A stretch of DNA of 64,000 nt from contig CM052816.1 in NCBI GenBank assembly GCA_028534125.1, positions 34,102,001-34,166,000 on the forward strand, read 5' to 3'. The stretch comes from Lama glama (taxonomy: Eukaryota). How positions within the stretch are numbered: the first letter of the stretch is position 1; each line of letters begins with the position of its first letter. The translations under genes were made by a program, and so were the position numbers. The notes beneath the pieces were generated by a model, which was not told the DNA's origin, searched no databases, and worked only from the letters and a program-made list of their open reading frames with translations. This document shows positions 1 through 16,282 of this stretch, piece by piece.

Positions 1-860
1 AATACTCTATTTTTAACAAATCATATGTTTACAGAGGGATTCTTAAGGACTCAGAACACATGGTCTGTATCTTTAAGGAACTTGACCTCTTTGGAAGGAA
101 ATAAGACTAACATACATGAAAATCTTAGCAAAGAGGGCAAGAAGTAAACTGTTTCATACTGTGAGAGCCAGAGCGATAAGCAAAAGGCAAAATGTGACAT
201 TATAAGGCATATTCAGGTTGTAAATTAGAGTACAATTTATTGCATTCTGTTTCTTAAAGGCTAGCATTTTCTCTCTTAGGAAAGCATGTTCCCAACGGAG
301 AGTCATTCAGAGAAGACTTACTGAATATTTAGGCTTTACACTCATGGTATGAATAAATTTCCAAGGTTGAAAAACAAGGGGTAGAAGGAAAGAGAGTTCA
401 ATCACATATTACCCTTAGTGTGGCTGCCATCTTTATAATGACAGTATCAGTTCCCAGAAACCTCATCAAATATGTTCTTCAAGCAGGGACTTTGATCCCA
501 AGTACCCTTTATATCCCTCCGTAAGTTTCTACCTGATGGACTGGTATCACAGGACTATTCAGCACATCTGAGCAAAGATACACAGTCCTTGTTCAAGGGG
601 AATGCAAGTATAATACAGTTGCTTTTGCAGATGGGCACTCTTTTGGTTTATGTGTGTGTTCTTGCAAATTTTTGCCCATTAAGAAACATGAATTATACAA
701 AAGAAAAACTGACATGACCTCTTGGTTATACAAAGTCATCTTTGCATTTTTCAAGTAATTTTTCACTAATGTAAATATTTCTTAATTTTCTATTTTCTTC
801 ATTTTTCTTAAAAAGATGTCTCTATGTTCTATAAGGAAATGCTTATTCTGGTTTCATGGG

Positions 861-1328
861 TGCACTAGTGTCTTGCCGTTTTAACAAATTACAAAATTTT
901 AGTGACACAAAACAATACAAATTTATTATCTTATACTGCTGGAAATGAGAAGTCCAAAATCAGTCTCAGGGGAATAGAATCACGTTGTTTGCTGGACTCC
1001 ATTCCTTCTGAAGCCCTGAGGGGAAAATCTGTTTTCTTGCCTTTTCTAGCTTCTATACATTCCTCGGGTCATGATCCTGCATCACTCCCACTGCTCCTTC
1101 TTTTAGCATATCTTCATTTCTCTAACTCTGACCATCCTCTCTCTTCCTCATAAAGACCCTTGTGATTCCACTGGGTCCACTTAGATAAGTTAGGATAATC
1201 TCCTCATCTTAAGAGCATTACTGTAATTTCATCTACCAGTTCCCTTTTGCCATGTAAGGAAACATATTCATTGGCTCCTGGAATTATGATAGGGACATCT
1301 TAAGGGGGACATTATTCAGCCTACAACA
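861..1328 (-). mobile_element. MaLR solo LTR, MLT1C/MLT1D-like
   Basis: Reverse complement begins TGTTGTAGGCTGAATAATGTCCCCCTTAAGATGTCC, like the MLT1D 5' end; typical aacaaattac...aaaacaatacaaatttattatctta block at the other end. Confidence 0.85.
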
Positions 1329-1551
1329 GTGGTAACCACCAACCATTTATGACCTTGGTCTTTTCTTGTAGAAGGTTATTAATATATTAGCAACTATTCT
1401 GACTTCAATTTTTCAGTGTCAGTGTAAGATCCATTTTTTTTTCTACAGAGCTTTGTTAGTAACTGTGTAAGGCAGCATTTCCTAGGATACACATGAGTGA
1501 GTGCCATCTTATCCTAGCAGTAGTTGGTGGATAAATAAAAGGGCGAGGTGA

Positions 1552-2645
1552 AATAAAAGCAAAAATAAACAAATGGGACCTAATTAAACTTAAAAGCTTT
1601 TGCATAGCAATGGAAATCGTAAACAAAATGGAAAGACAACCTACAGAGTGGGAGAAAATATTTGCAAATGATGTGACAAACAAGGGATTAATTTCCAAAC
1701 TATATAAACAGCTCATACAACTCAATAACAAAAAAGCAATCAACCCAATCAAAAAACGGGCAGAAGAGTTGAACAGCTATTTTTCCAAAGACATGCAAAC
1801 GGCCAACAGGCACCTGAAAATATGCTCAACATCACTAATTATTAGAGAAATGTACATCAAAACCATGATGAGGTATCACTTCACACCTGTCAGAATGGCC
1901 ATCATCAAAAAGTTTACAAATAACAAGTGTTGGTGAAGATGTGGGGAAAAGAGAAACCTCATACACTGTTGTTAGTAGGAATGTAAATTGGTACAGCCAC
2001 TATAAAAACAGTATGGAGGTTCCTTAAAAAACTAAAAAGATAAGTACCATAAGAAATTCTACTCCTGGGTATATATCCAGAAAAAAACAAAAACAAAAAA
2101 ACCCCTCTAATTTGAAAAGATACATGCACCCCAATGTTCACAGCAGTGCTTTTTACAAAAGCCAAGATGTGGCAGCAATGCAAGTGTCCATCAATAGACA
2201 ACTGGATTAAGATGTGGCATATATATACAGTGGAATACTTAGCCATAAAAAAGAATGAAATATTGCCATCTTCAGCAACATAGATGGACCTAGAGAATAT
2301 TATGCTTAGTGAAATAAGAGAAAGACAAATACAGTATGATATCACTTATATGTGAAATCTAAAAAAAAATATAAATCTGTATACAAAACAGAAAGATTCA
2401 CAGGCAGAAAACAAAACTATGATTACTAAAGGGTAGGGAGGGACAAATTAAGAGTATGGGATTAACAAATATAAACCACTACACATAAAACTGATAGGCA
2501 ACAAGGATTTACTGCATAACAAGAGAAGTGTACCCAGTATCTTATAATAACCTAGGATAGAATATAATTTGGAAAAAAAACTGAATCACTATGTTGTTGT
2601 ACACCTGAAACTAAAACAATAATGTAAATCAACTATAATTTAAAA
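1552..2645 (+). mobile_element. 5'-truncated L1 (ORF2 C-terminus + 3'UTR + A tail), cetartiodactyl-type
   Basis: ORF 1610-1936 is L1 ORF2 ([12 protein letters not shown]...[17 protein letters not shown]); 15-bp TSD aaaagggcgaggtga (1537-1551) / aaaagggctaggtga (2646-2660), 1 mismatch. Confidence 0.95.
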
Positions 2646-4301
2646 AAAAGGGCTAGGTGATAATGTTAGTTAAAGCTTGGGAATAAGGTAATTTGAAAAT
2701 GGTTTTAATAAGATGCTTGGAGATAATTTGTGAATTTCATTCACTAGACTGCACCTGTCTGTCCCCTTTTCTGTAAATAATTAAGGGACAGTCCATGGAA
2801 ATCTCGTGTGGTGACCTGTACTCACCTGAGGCGACAAGTTACTGAGAGAAGAATAGACTATCAAAGGTGGTTTTATATTTTTAAAACAATAATTTCCTCT
2901 TAGTCCAGACAGAGGCAACATGCTATGCAAAATTATACATCATGTAGCAACAGCTGAGAAGTCAACATATATCACTATCAATGTTGCTTCTATAAAAGCC
3001 AAAAAAATTACCATGTCTAACAATGTTTTTACTGGAATAGAGAGAAAAGGGGACACAAAAAGAAACCAGCTTGTTCTTATAAATGGTTGGTTTAACATGT
3101 AGTGAACAAATTGATGTGTAAATTGGCTTTGATAAATGCTTGTGTTAAATGTGGTTATTTATTATGAGTTCCATTATATAAATTGGTTGCAGAATTATAA
3201 GAAATGCTCTTTATTAATCTTACCTTCTCTGTGGCTAGAAAATGACTCAAGGCAATTATCTTTCAGGGACTTCAGCATCATTAGTGCTGATGTGCTGAGG
3301 AGGGCAGACGAGTTCTAATAATACACAGACAAGAGAAACATGCCTTTTCTTTGCTTCTTACATGAGAGATGTTTTTCTCAGTACAGTTTTCTTCAATTCC
3401 AGTGAAATCCCTCAAGTTATTAATTTCTGGTATTTTTGCAGTAACAGCAGCTAGAGGTGTAAGAAACGTCTTACATATTATGTTCTTTATGATATGACAT
3501 TTGAAATTTAAACACATGGCATAGATTCTGGTCTGGAGGAGCTCAGAGTTCACCCAAGATGACACCAGTGCTCTCAGGGCACATCTGGCTACTTGGTAGG
3601 AGTGCCAAGCATTTGCTCTGTGGTCCAGTAACAGATTGTAGAATTATCTTACTCTTTTCCTCTTCAGCATGGGATATATAAATAGCTGGAAGATAGGAGC
3701 TTGCTGGGAAAGAAAAGGAAATATTTCTTCCAAGAGCACTTTTATGGCCCAACACTCAATCAGAATCAAAGAGTTAAAAGAGTTACTGCAGGAGATGCTT
3801 ACTTCTTAGTTATCAGAGGCCATTTTTTCAGTTGTGAATTTTTCACTTCCCTCATCCTCACTTTCCTCTCTCCTACAGACATGGTCTTAACTTTTCAGCT
3901 CTCCTTACATCCCCGAGAGGGAAAAACAAAAGGAAAAAGAAAATCATTCATTCTGTTAATTATGTACCTCTCTGACTAAACATTGATACTGGGGTTAAAT
4001 GGTACAGGTGAAAAGGTGCTTATCAATCATGATTATATAAAAGAATACAGCAAAAATATCATGGGAGATTTGTAGTCTGGAGAAGTCACAGTCAGATGCT
4101 ATGCTTGCATTTTTCACTGTTGAATATTTTCTGAGCACCAGTGATGTGTAAGCCCCTAAGTCAGGTACTGGGTGCTAAAGGAGGGAGGATGTAGAGGGAG
4201 ACCAGTCCACTGCATCAGATATGCTAGCCAGCAGATTGGTACCTGAAAACTTGCCTCATCTTGATGTCAACTGGTCATCACTGATATGAATGCTTATACA
4301 A

Positions 4302-4704
4302 TGTGTAAGTTAGAATAAGGTTTGGCAATGAAAGACAATGTCCAGGAAATTAAACACATTAGAAGTTACTTTACTTATTTTTTCCCTCTCAGGTGAATAT
4401 TCATATAGGTAGCCCAGTGCTTGTATAAGGATTCTTCTTTCCTGCAGTGCTACCAGCTGTGTCCTCTTTCCCTAAATTCACTTCATGGGGCGGGATGGTT
4501 CCATCAGCTCCAGATCTCATGCCTGCATTTGAATCAGCAGAACAGGGAACAGCAAGGAGAAGAGCAGGCTCCCTCCCATTTTAATGATATTTGCTGGAAG
4601 TTGCACTGCTTTCTTATAATACACAACTGGCCAGATCTAGCCATGAGAGAGGCCAGGAAATGGAGCCTTGGTTCCAGCTGGGCACAGCTAACTATTGTGA
4701 ATTC
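4302..4704 (-). mobile_element. Old MaLR LTR (MLT1J/K-like), first part, split by an L1
   Basis: tgtgtaagttagaataaggtttggc...ctggccagatctagccatg...aggccaggaaatggagcc...cagcta resembles MLT1J/K; continues at 8921. Confidence 0.7.
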
Positions 4705-8920
<4,216 letters not shown>

Positions 8921-8995
8921 ATATTAGGTATTCCACTGTCACTGAAAGAGAAAAAAATGTGGTATTGGGGGTCAACAAACAGTCTTTTCTAGACA
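8921..8995 (-). mobile_element. Old MaLR LTR (MLT1J/K-like), second part
   Basis: atattaggtattcc...gtggtattgggggtcaacaaacagtcttttctagaca matches the MLT1J/K terminus and resumes where 4704 stopped. Confidence 0.65.
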
Positions 8996-9072
8996 CAGAT
9001 ACATAAATACAATAATTATGCTGACAGAGTGACTCTATCTCAGGTCATTGAAATAAAAGTATTGAATGCAGT

Positions 9073-9431
9073 TGTTATGGACAGAATGTTGTGTCCCCCA
9101 AAATGCACAGGCTGAAGCCACCTAATTTGGAGATGGGGTCGTAGGGAAGTAATTAGGTTTAGATGAGGTCACACGTGTAGGGCCCACAGGGCAGATTAGT
9201 GGCCTCATAAAAAGAGGAAGGAAGACCAGAGCTCTCCCTGTCTCTATTATGTGCGGACATGGTGAAAAGGCAGTTAGATGCAAGTCAGGAAGCAGGTTCT
9301 CACAGGAGCTGAATCAGCTGGCACCTTGATCTTGGATTTCCCAGCCTCCAGGAGTGTGAGAAATAAATGTCTGTTGTTTAAGCCACCCAGTCTGTGGTAT
9401 TTTGTTAAAGCAGCTTGAATTAACTAAGACG
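9073..9431 (+). mobile_element. MaLR solo LTR, MLT1A0-like
   Basis: tgttatggacagaatgttgtgtcccccaaaat...ttgatcttggatttcccagcctccagg...aataaatg...ctaagac; 5-bp TSD gcagt/gcact. Confidence 0.92.
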
Positions 9432-10329
9432 GCACTTCATATTCCTGAGATGCTGGGAACTGCCACCTCTATTGTATTCAGTCCACAAAATCACGTATGT
9501 GTTTCCTTTTAAAAGTGTGATGGACTTCTTCAACTTGTCCTGTTATTTCTGCTCATTGGCTCATTGATCAAGATTTTTGGCTTCTGAATCTATGTATCCA
9601 TTCCTCTCCTGCCACGCAGCGTGCTGACTCAGTCCTCTTTTGGGAGGCTAGGGGTAAGAAGAGCAAGTGAAACATTAGGTGGCCCCAACTCATTCAATAA
9701 CACCACTGGGAGAATGACCTCTGCCACCTCTCAGTATCAGGAGTTCCTCCTACAGAAGCATCAAGAAGGCTGACCACGGAGCAGACGAGGCCCTGTGTGA
9801 TCTTTGCTATTCCTCCAGTTAGTCTAGTGATGTCCAGGCCATACGATGCCTATGGAGCAGACACAGTGACACGCACCAAGCTCGATCTATCCTTATGCCT
9901 GCAAGCTCTGCATGTTTCTTTTATCCATCCACCAAGCCCTTCACACAGTTTGATGTATTTGTCTACCCCAGCCCAAACTCCTGCAATCCCCACCTCAGTG
10001 ATTCCTCTGCTTTTGTGATTATAAGAGCAGCACCATTCGCACACTTTTATCGTGACTTAACCTTTAAATGTCTTGATGATCCAGACATGTGCTTCCTCTG
10101 ACAAAAACAGTTTCATCTAACTCTTACTGAGTCAACAGATTCTACTCCTATCAAGAAAATATAATGTGTACAATATTCCTAGGTATGCTTGAGCACATAG
10201 TTTAAACTTTTCTTTCTAAAACCTGGAACCAAATTTGTTTCATTATTGTCATTTAACCTAAGATGTGAGCATTCTCTAGCACACTGTATCTCCCTTCCAC
10301 TGCCTAAGTAAATGATACTGCCTGTCTTT

Positions 10330-10479
10330 TATCTGTTATTAATAGAGACATCTTTCTTTCCAATTAGATGATAAGCTCTATAAGGGCATGGATAGTCACT
10401 TTTCCCCCCGCTCCTTTTATTCTCAGCACCTGACGTACTGGCTTAGTAAATATCTGTTGCATGAATGAATGAATGAATG
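10330..10479 (+). mobile_element. L2 3' end
   Basis: ttagatgataagctctataagggc...cagcacctgacg...aaatatctgttgcatgaatgaatgaatgaatg tail. Confidence 0.7.
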
Positions 10480-10503
10480 CAGGATACATCCCACAGATAC
10501 ATC

Positions 10504-10523
10504 CTCTCTCTCTCTCTGTCTCA

Positions 10524-10557
<34 letters not shown>
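10504..10557. repeat. Compound (CT)n-(CA)n microsatellite
   Basis: Read directly; about 16 uninterrupted CA units at 10525-10557. Confidence 0.97.
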
Positions 10558-10560
<3 letters not shown>

Positions 10561-10693
10561 ATACAGGAGCCTCAGACTGCTTTGCTAAGAGGCATGTACC
10601 AGGCTTTCTCCAGAAGCATGTGACACAGTAATCTCACCATATTCATCAGATGGGCCTGTGCTCGTTAGCCTCAGGGCATACGTACAAGAAACG

Positions 10694-10697
<4 letters not shown>

Positions 10698-10727
<30 letters not shown>
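10698..10727 (+). repeat. Poly(A)30 homopolymer
   Basis: Read directly. Confidence 0.97.
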
Positions 10728-10730
<3 letters not shown>

Positions 10731-12429
10731 CATCCCTGCTATGACAGTTTATTGCAAAACAGAGGGAATAAAATAAAGCAAGCATTGAGTGCTACATATA
10801 CACAAGCTAATAAACAAGCAAAAGGTCTTCAAGCACAGCAGTGTCTGGAAGACATTCCACGGGTTCCAGCTCCTGTCGGAGGCAATGAATGCCTGTGGTG
10901 TGTGTGCTCTAGAGGAGCTGGGGAGAATTATGGCCAGTTCTTTGAAACTGTTAATACGAAAATGACAGCTGAATCTTTAGAAAGGTGAGCACTGCCAGCA
11001 TTCAAATTCTCTGCTTTAGTCAAGGACATGGTCTTTGTGCTACCACATTATTATCCCTCAAGATCATTATTATTAAAATATCACATGATCAAAACAGTGT
11101 ATTTTAAGAGGAATTCAGAGTTTTGAGGCCAGCAGAGCAGACGGAAGTTTGCTCACACTATATGTAACCAGGTTTTGATATCCACAGAGGTAATTTGGCT
11201 TTCCTATGTCGTAGGGGTGAGGCATTCCCAAGGGAATAACTCAGTGCTTCCTTGGCCTCATCACCCATCATTTGGTCCTGTCCAATGCAAAATTTTCCTC
11301 AGAGACCAAAGAGCATGTGGGGTGTAAAGAGAATGCAATAACATCTGATATGACGGATTCAGCTCAGAATCTCTGTGCAGCAGATCTGATTTGGGGCTGG
11401 AATGCAACACCAAGCTAAGACTGCTCCATCCTCAGAGACCAGTAATAAAGGATCACTCTACAAAGTGTATGAGGTGGCGGGCTATGGTGTCCCCCAAACC
11501 TTCTCAATTTCAGGATTAGAAAAAACTCTTTTAGCCAAATAACTGATCATTTCTTCTATTGGGCAAGAATCTCCTGCAGAGAGATGGTATCATTTAAACC
11601 CTACAGTTTCCATTCTCCTCTTCTGATGTTTCACAGAGATGTAATAGTCATGGGATGTGGGAGAGGGAGGTAGCAAGGAAAGTGAGGAACAGAAAGAGCA
11701 GTTTAGACATAAAAAGCTCAGTTGGCTATGGGAACAGTCAGGGAAGACACAGTCATCTGTTATTTCTTAAAGTTCCCGCAAGGACAGGAGATCAGATTTT
11801 GCACCAGTCAGTCTTTTTCCCTCACAGGATGAATCCTTCCCTGACAGATATACACATGTACCAGGATTGTCAGTGTTTTGTGGGGGATAGGATCATCTTA
11901 GCAGATGCTTACTCTGCTAGGGACACGTCTGACTTCATCTTTACTTTTGTTGGCATTTTATTATGAATTTCACTCTGGCAATGGAAAGGATGAACCCGAG
12001 CTTCTTCGCAGTGGCCAGTGGCCCATTTATTTCTATTGTCACTGTTTTCCTCAGCTCCAGTAGAAACATGGTAATCTTGATACCTGTCTGATATTAGCAT
12101 TTCAAAAAGAGCCTGATTCTCGCTAAATTTATAGTACATCCAGTCCCCTGAAAGGCTTATTCTAATGCAAAGTCGTGCAGTATGTTTGTGTGCAACTGAT
12201 GCTGAATTTTTATTGCTGCTGAGCTTCATTTCAGAATTCAATGCCATTGTTAAAACAAACTTTACTTTTATTTTTACGTAAACTTTGCATCCCAAGTTAT
12301 CAAATGTCTTGGGTTTGTTTCAAAAGAGAATGTTTTCAAAATCATCATCCTGTGGCCACGGATGTATGAGTTCTTTGTTCAGCCACATATTGGTTTGGTC
12401 TCTGTTGGTGTTAGGAAAATCTCAAGCCC

Positions 12430-12715
12430 AATCATACTTTATCCCAACCTCCCAGATATCTTGAAAATCTTTTAAAAATGTTTCTGATGTTGAACACCCT
12501 TCTACTTTGAGACTTCTTCCATCATATCTTTGGCAGTGCTCTCCTCCATCATGATTAAGCTCACACTGCCCTCTGACTCTTTCGGTGTGACAGGAGCCAC
12601 CCTCAATCACCCCTAAAACCCCTTGCTCATCTTCACCCTGTAGACCATCCTCTGCCTCTGCCTGCCCCATCCATGTTCTCCGTGCACTACCTCAACTATC
12701 ACTGCATAGGAGTCT
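12430..12715 (+). mobile_element. L2 internal fragment (highly diverged)
   Basis: Pyrimidine-rich tgatgttgaacacccttctactttgagacttcttcc... typical of the L2 ORF2 region. Confidence 0.45.
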
Positions 12716-14949
12716 TGGCTTCTATTCATTTTTATTTTCCTTTAACCAAACTATTGTTTACATGGTCTCCACCTGCTTTGTATAAGATCCTTCTGCTATG
12801 GAAGTAAAAGTTGAGTAAGGAAATAAAGAAGGTGACCTGGACTTGGAACCTGTGATCGAAAGATGTAGTGACTCTAGCCCATATGTTCAGTGCATGAAGC
12901 CAGAAGACAATGATCAAAGCCCATCTCAGAGGAAGTTCCAAAAGTCCAACTGGTGATGGGTGGGCCACAAGTTGATCAGAGCAAGAGTCTGACTTGTAGA
13001 CCCAAGGAGGTACTGAGCAAGGCATATAGTACAGAAGGGACAAGATGCCAATCTGACAGTGAGTGGGAGCTGGGCCTCAGGATGCTGCCGGGTTTTCATA
13101 CGCATACCGAAGGGCGTTATCCTAGATTGATTTTTATGGATTTTAATGGATATTTTTATTGATTAATGGAGTCCATCTGTAAAATGAGTGGCAGTGAAAT
13201 TTCATCTGTCCTTTCCATTTCAATGGAATGTTAGATAAATGAAATCAACCTTGGACTGGTGAATTTAACCAGGATCTGTAAAGATTTAAAAAGAAGGAGG
13301 AGGAGGAGGAAGGAAAATAGCACGGCTTTTCCCACCAGAAGCCTAGGGGGGAAGCCTGTAGGCCTATGGAAACAGGAAACATAATTAAATGAAATTTGCT
13401 CTATGCTATCCAGTCGCTCTTTCATCACTTTCTGTCTGTCTCTCTAACTTTCTTCTCAATGTAACTGTGAGTTGATTTGTTGATGATCTCCTATATTCTA
13501 CTGGCCTGGGGATCGGGGAGGAAAGGAGAAGGTGCAAGACAGCAGAGAGGAGAGGGGAAATGATATAATGAAGTGGAAAGCTAGAGGGAACTCAGAAGAA
13601 TTCTGGGATGGCTGCAATCTTGCAGCCTAATGGTTCTTCGCCACACTTTTCTTATGAGCATCCTTACCCACCCTAAAAAGGCAGAACAGGGCAGGCTTAT
13701 TGCTCCTAGTGGTAGACATGGGCTACATTCAGGTCTCTGTATAGGCTGAATACTTTATCTTTTCAGCAGGGACCTTTTCATGAAATTTTGAGGATATGTC
13801 TAAGGATTCCTCAAACACTGTGCTGCATTCCAGTCCACTCTTGTTTTGGGTCAGGGAGGGAAATATCTCCTTCTCAGAAGAGCAGAACCAAATTGGCTTG
13901 CCCTCTGGCAGCTGTTGAGACCTGTATGGTAGCCCACCAGGCAGAAAGAGGCTCCCTCCCACCTGCTCCAACCCAGAGAGGTGCTGGGATCACAGAAGGC
14001 CTCCAACGGACTGTGTGCTTGATCCTCAGCCCTAAAGAGGGACACAGCCAGATGTCCTTTCCTTCTGTACAGGGGCCTATTCAATTAAATGCCAGCCATC
14101 AAATCTAAAGGTTAAAAAAAAAAGAGAAGCAGTCATTTTCATATCCAATATTCAATATCTACCTTAATGAGAATGGATACCTACTTAAATTATTTAAAGA
14201 AGGTAGCTCTTTGATCATGAGTGCTTATTTCCAAAGACGGAAGACAGCAGAACTCAAGTCCTAATTAAAGGTGACAGCCTGAATTAGCATGTAACTACTT
14301 GCTATGTTTGTCACATCCGCTGTTCAGTGTTCTTACTTATCTTGCCTAAAGACACTGCTCCCACACAAGCAAAGAACCCCAGCTCTCCCTTCCCAGAAAA
14401 GGTTGGTGGATCTTGTTGAAGGCTGGAGGATTCCTCAGGGATACAAATGGTGATAATTATTTGGAAACAATACAGAAAGCACTTTAGAACTTCCTAAGCA
14501 TTTTAAAACTCTTTCTCATCTTAATCTTTGCTGAAGACTGATTATTTGAAATTTGACGTCACTCACTTATTTCTAAAACAGTTGAACTAGGTAACTAGGC
14601 AGCGCTGAAATTTGTAACTTCTTTTTCTTTTTCTAATGAACTAATATTAGAGGAACTAAAAAAAGAGAAAAATAGCTAAGATTGGTTCGGATTTTTTATT
14701 ACCTCCTTGCAATTATACAATCAAAGAAATCAGCTATCCCACAGCGTGATGTAAACTTAAAGGAGCAGTGATTTGATAGTTTATGTCAAGGGAAGATGGG
14801 AATTGCAAGAAGAAGGAGTTTCACTATAAGCCCTTGAAATAATATCCCACCATGAGCTGAGGTTCCTGGAACATTACAGAAGTACATAAAGGATTCAGGG
14901 GACGAGAAGAAGTTTTTTTTTTATCTCCTTTTTGTTTTTGTGTGGCCCT

Positions 14950-15460
14950 TGATTCTGCCCTCATCCCTGCACTCCCCGAGCCGGACCCAGAGATCACTGG
15001 TTCTTTGCTCCAACTGCCCATCTTTACATCTCTTCGCTAATAACAGCCTTTACGGCTGGCCACACGGTGTGATCACGAACCAAGTCAGAGCAACATCCTT
15101 CCGAACAGAGTGGTTAGCACAGGATATGTTATCAAGCAAGTCAAATTGTGGTACGCCCTGGCAACGTTTTAAATTGTAGTTGCCAGAGAAGTGCCCATTT
15201 CTTTCCAATTGGGTAGCTAAAAGGAAGTGGCCAAGAGGAGCCGAAAACCATGTTCCTTCTGCTTAGAGGAGCTGAAGATTTAAAAAGCCACATTGTAAAG
15301 ACAGAGAATCATAATTGCATCTGAGGTCCTCGTTCCAGATGTCCCAAAGGCCAGCTGCCTCCTGCTTTCTCTATAGTTCAATTATATGAGCCAGAAGAGT
15401 TAGCTTTTGTTTAAGCAAATTTAATTTTTGCTGCTTGCAATTGGACTCCTGACTAAAACA
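14950..15460 (+). mobile_element. Old MaLR LTR (MLT1J/K/L-like)
   Basis: 3' end ...gttccagatgtcccaaaggccagc...atatgagccagaag...tttgtttaagc...cttgcaattggactcctgactaaaaca. Confidence 0.55.
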
Positions 15461-15691
15461 ATAACCTCAAATATAAAAGTGATTCACCCTCCTGCTGCAT
15501 TGCATTTGAATTAAGTTTTATTTTCTCCAGCATATCAGCTCTGAATGGTATATTGCTACAAGTGTAATATCTTGGTATTTTTCTCTTGCTTCAGGTTTCT
15601 TCTGGCTGCCTTTGGAAACTGGTGCTTGGGGTGTTTGGGTAGCGCCTGAATTTTAAGCACCCCCTGAGAAAGGAAACCTCTCCTTTGGTCA

Positions 15692-16152
15692 TGTAGCAGA
15701 CACTGCAAATGCCCTTCCCATATCCCTCTGACTTTACTGTTTGGTGTGCTCTAGCCTCTTCTAACTGCCACTGCCCATATCTCTGTGCTTAAAACCTTCC
15801 TCATCACTGCAGAGAGCCACTCTTCTTGTATGCAGACAGGCTGGAAGCTCCAGAGAACTAACACCTTCAGAAGCATCGATCAGGAGTTTTATAAAATACC
15901 AGAGGTCCCTTAGGTCTTAGGTAGCATAACTTAGAAGAGTGTTTTGGTCACTTCTTACTGTTTCCCCTTAAGATTGGGCTCCAGTTGTCCATTCTGGAGG
16001 ATAACTTAATAATACATTCATTACTATCTTCTTTTCCTCTACGTGTCTCTTTTCCACTGTCAACCAGGGTTTCCTACACCTCCTAAGTAAGCAACTCACA
16101 CTTAGATTCTGGTCTTAGAATCTTCTTCTGGGAGAATCCAAACTAATAAGAC
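15692..16152 (+). mobile_element. ERVL solo LTR, LTR16A-like
   Basis: Starts tgtagcagacactg; ends ...ggtcttagaatcttcttctgggagaatccaaactaa. Confidence 0.75.
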
Positions 16153-16282
16153 TTGAGAGCCAGAAGTAAACAATGTCTTGTCCAGAGAACGTGGTTTGAG
16201 ATTTTCAGAATACGCACGTTGAACTTTTAAGTCCAAAATCAAGATGTTTTCGGAAGATAAGAGGATAAGAAATAGTTTTATA

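Noticed and set aside
3841..4013. Strong plus-strand acceptor at 3878 with a possible donor at 4008
   Set aside because: Stops in all three frames and a weak donor (gtgaaa); no supporting neighbours
10658..10727. GTGCTCG... followed by poly(A) as a U6 snRNA retrocopy
   Set aside because: Similarity to U6 ends after 7 nt
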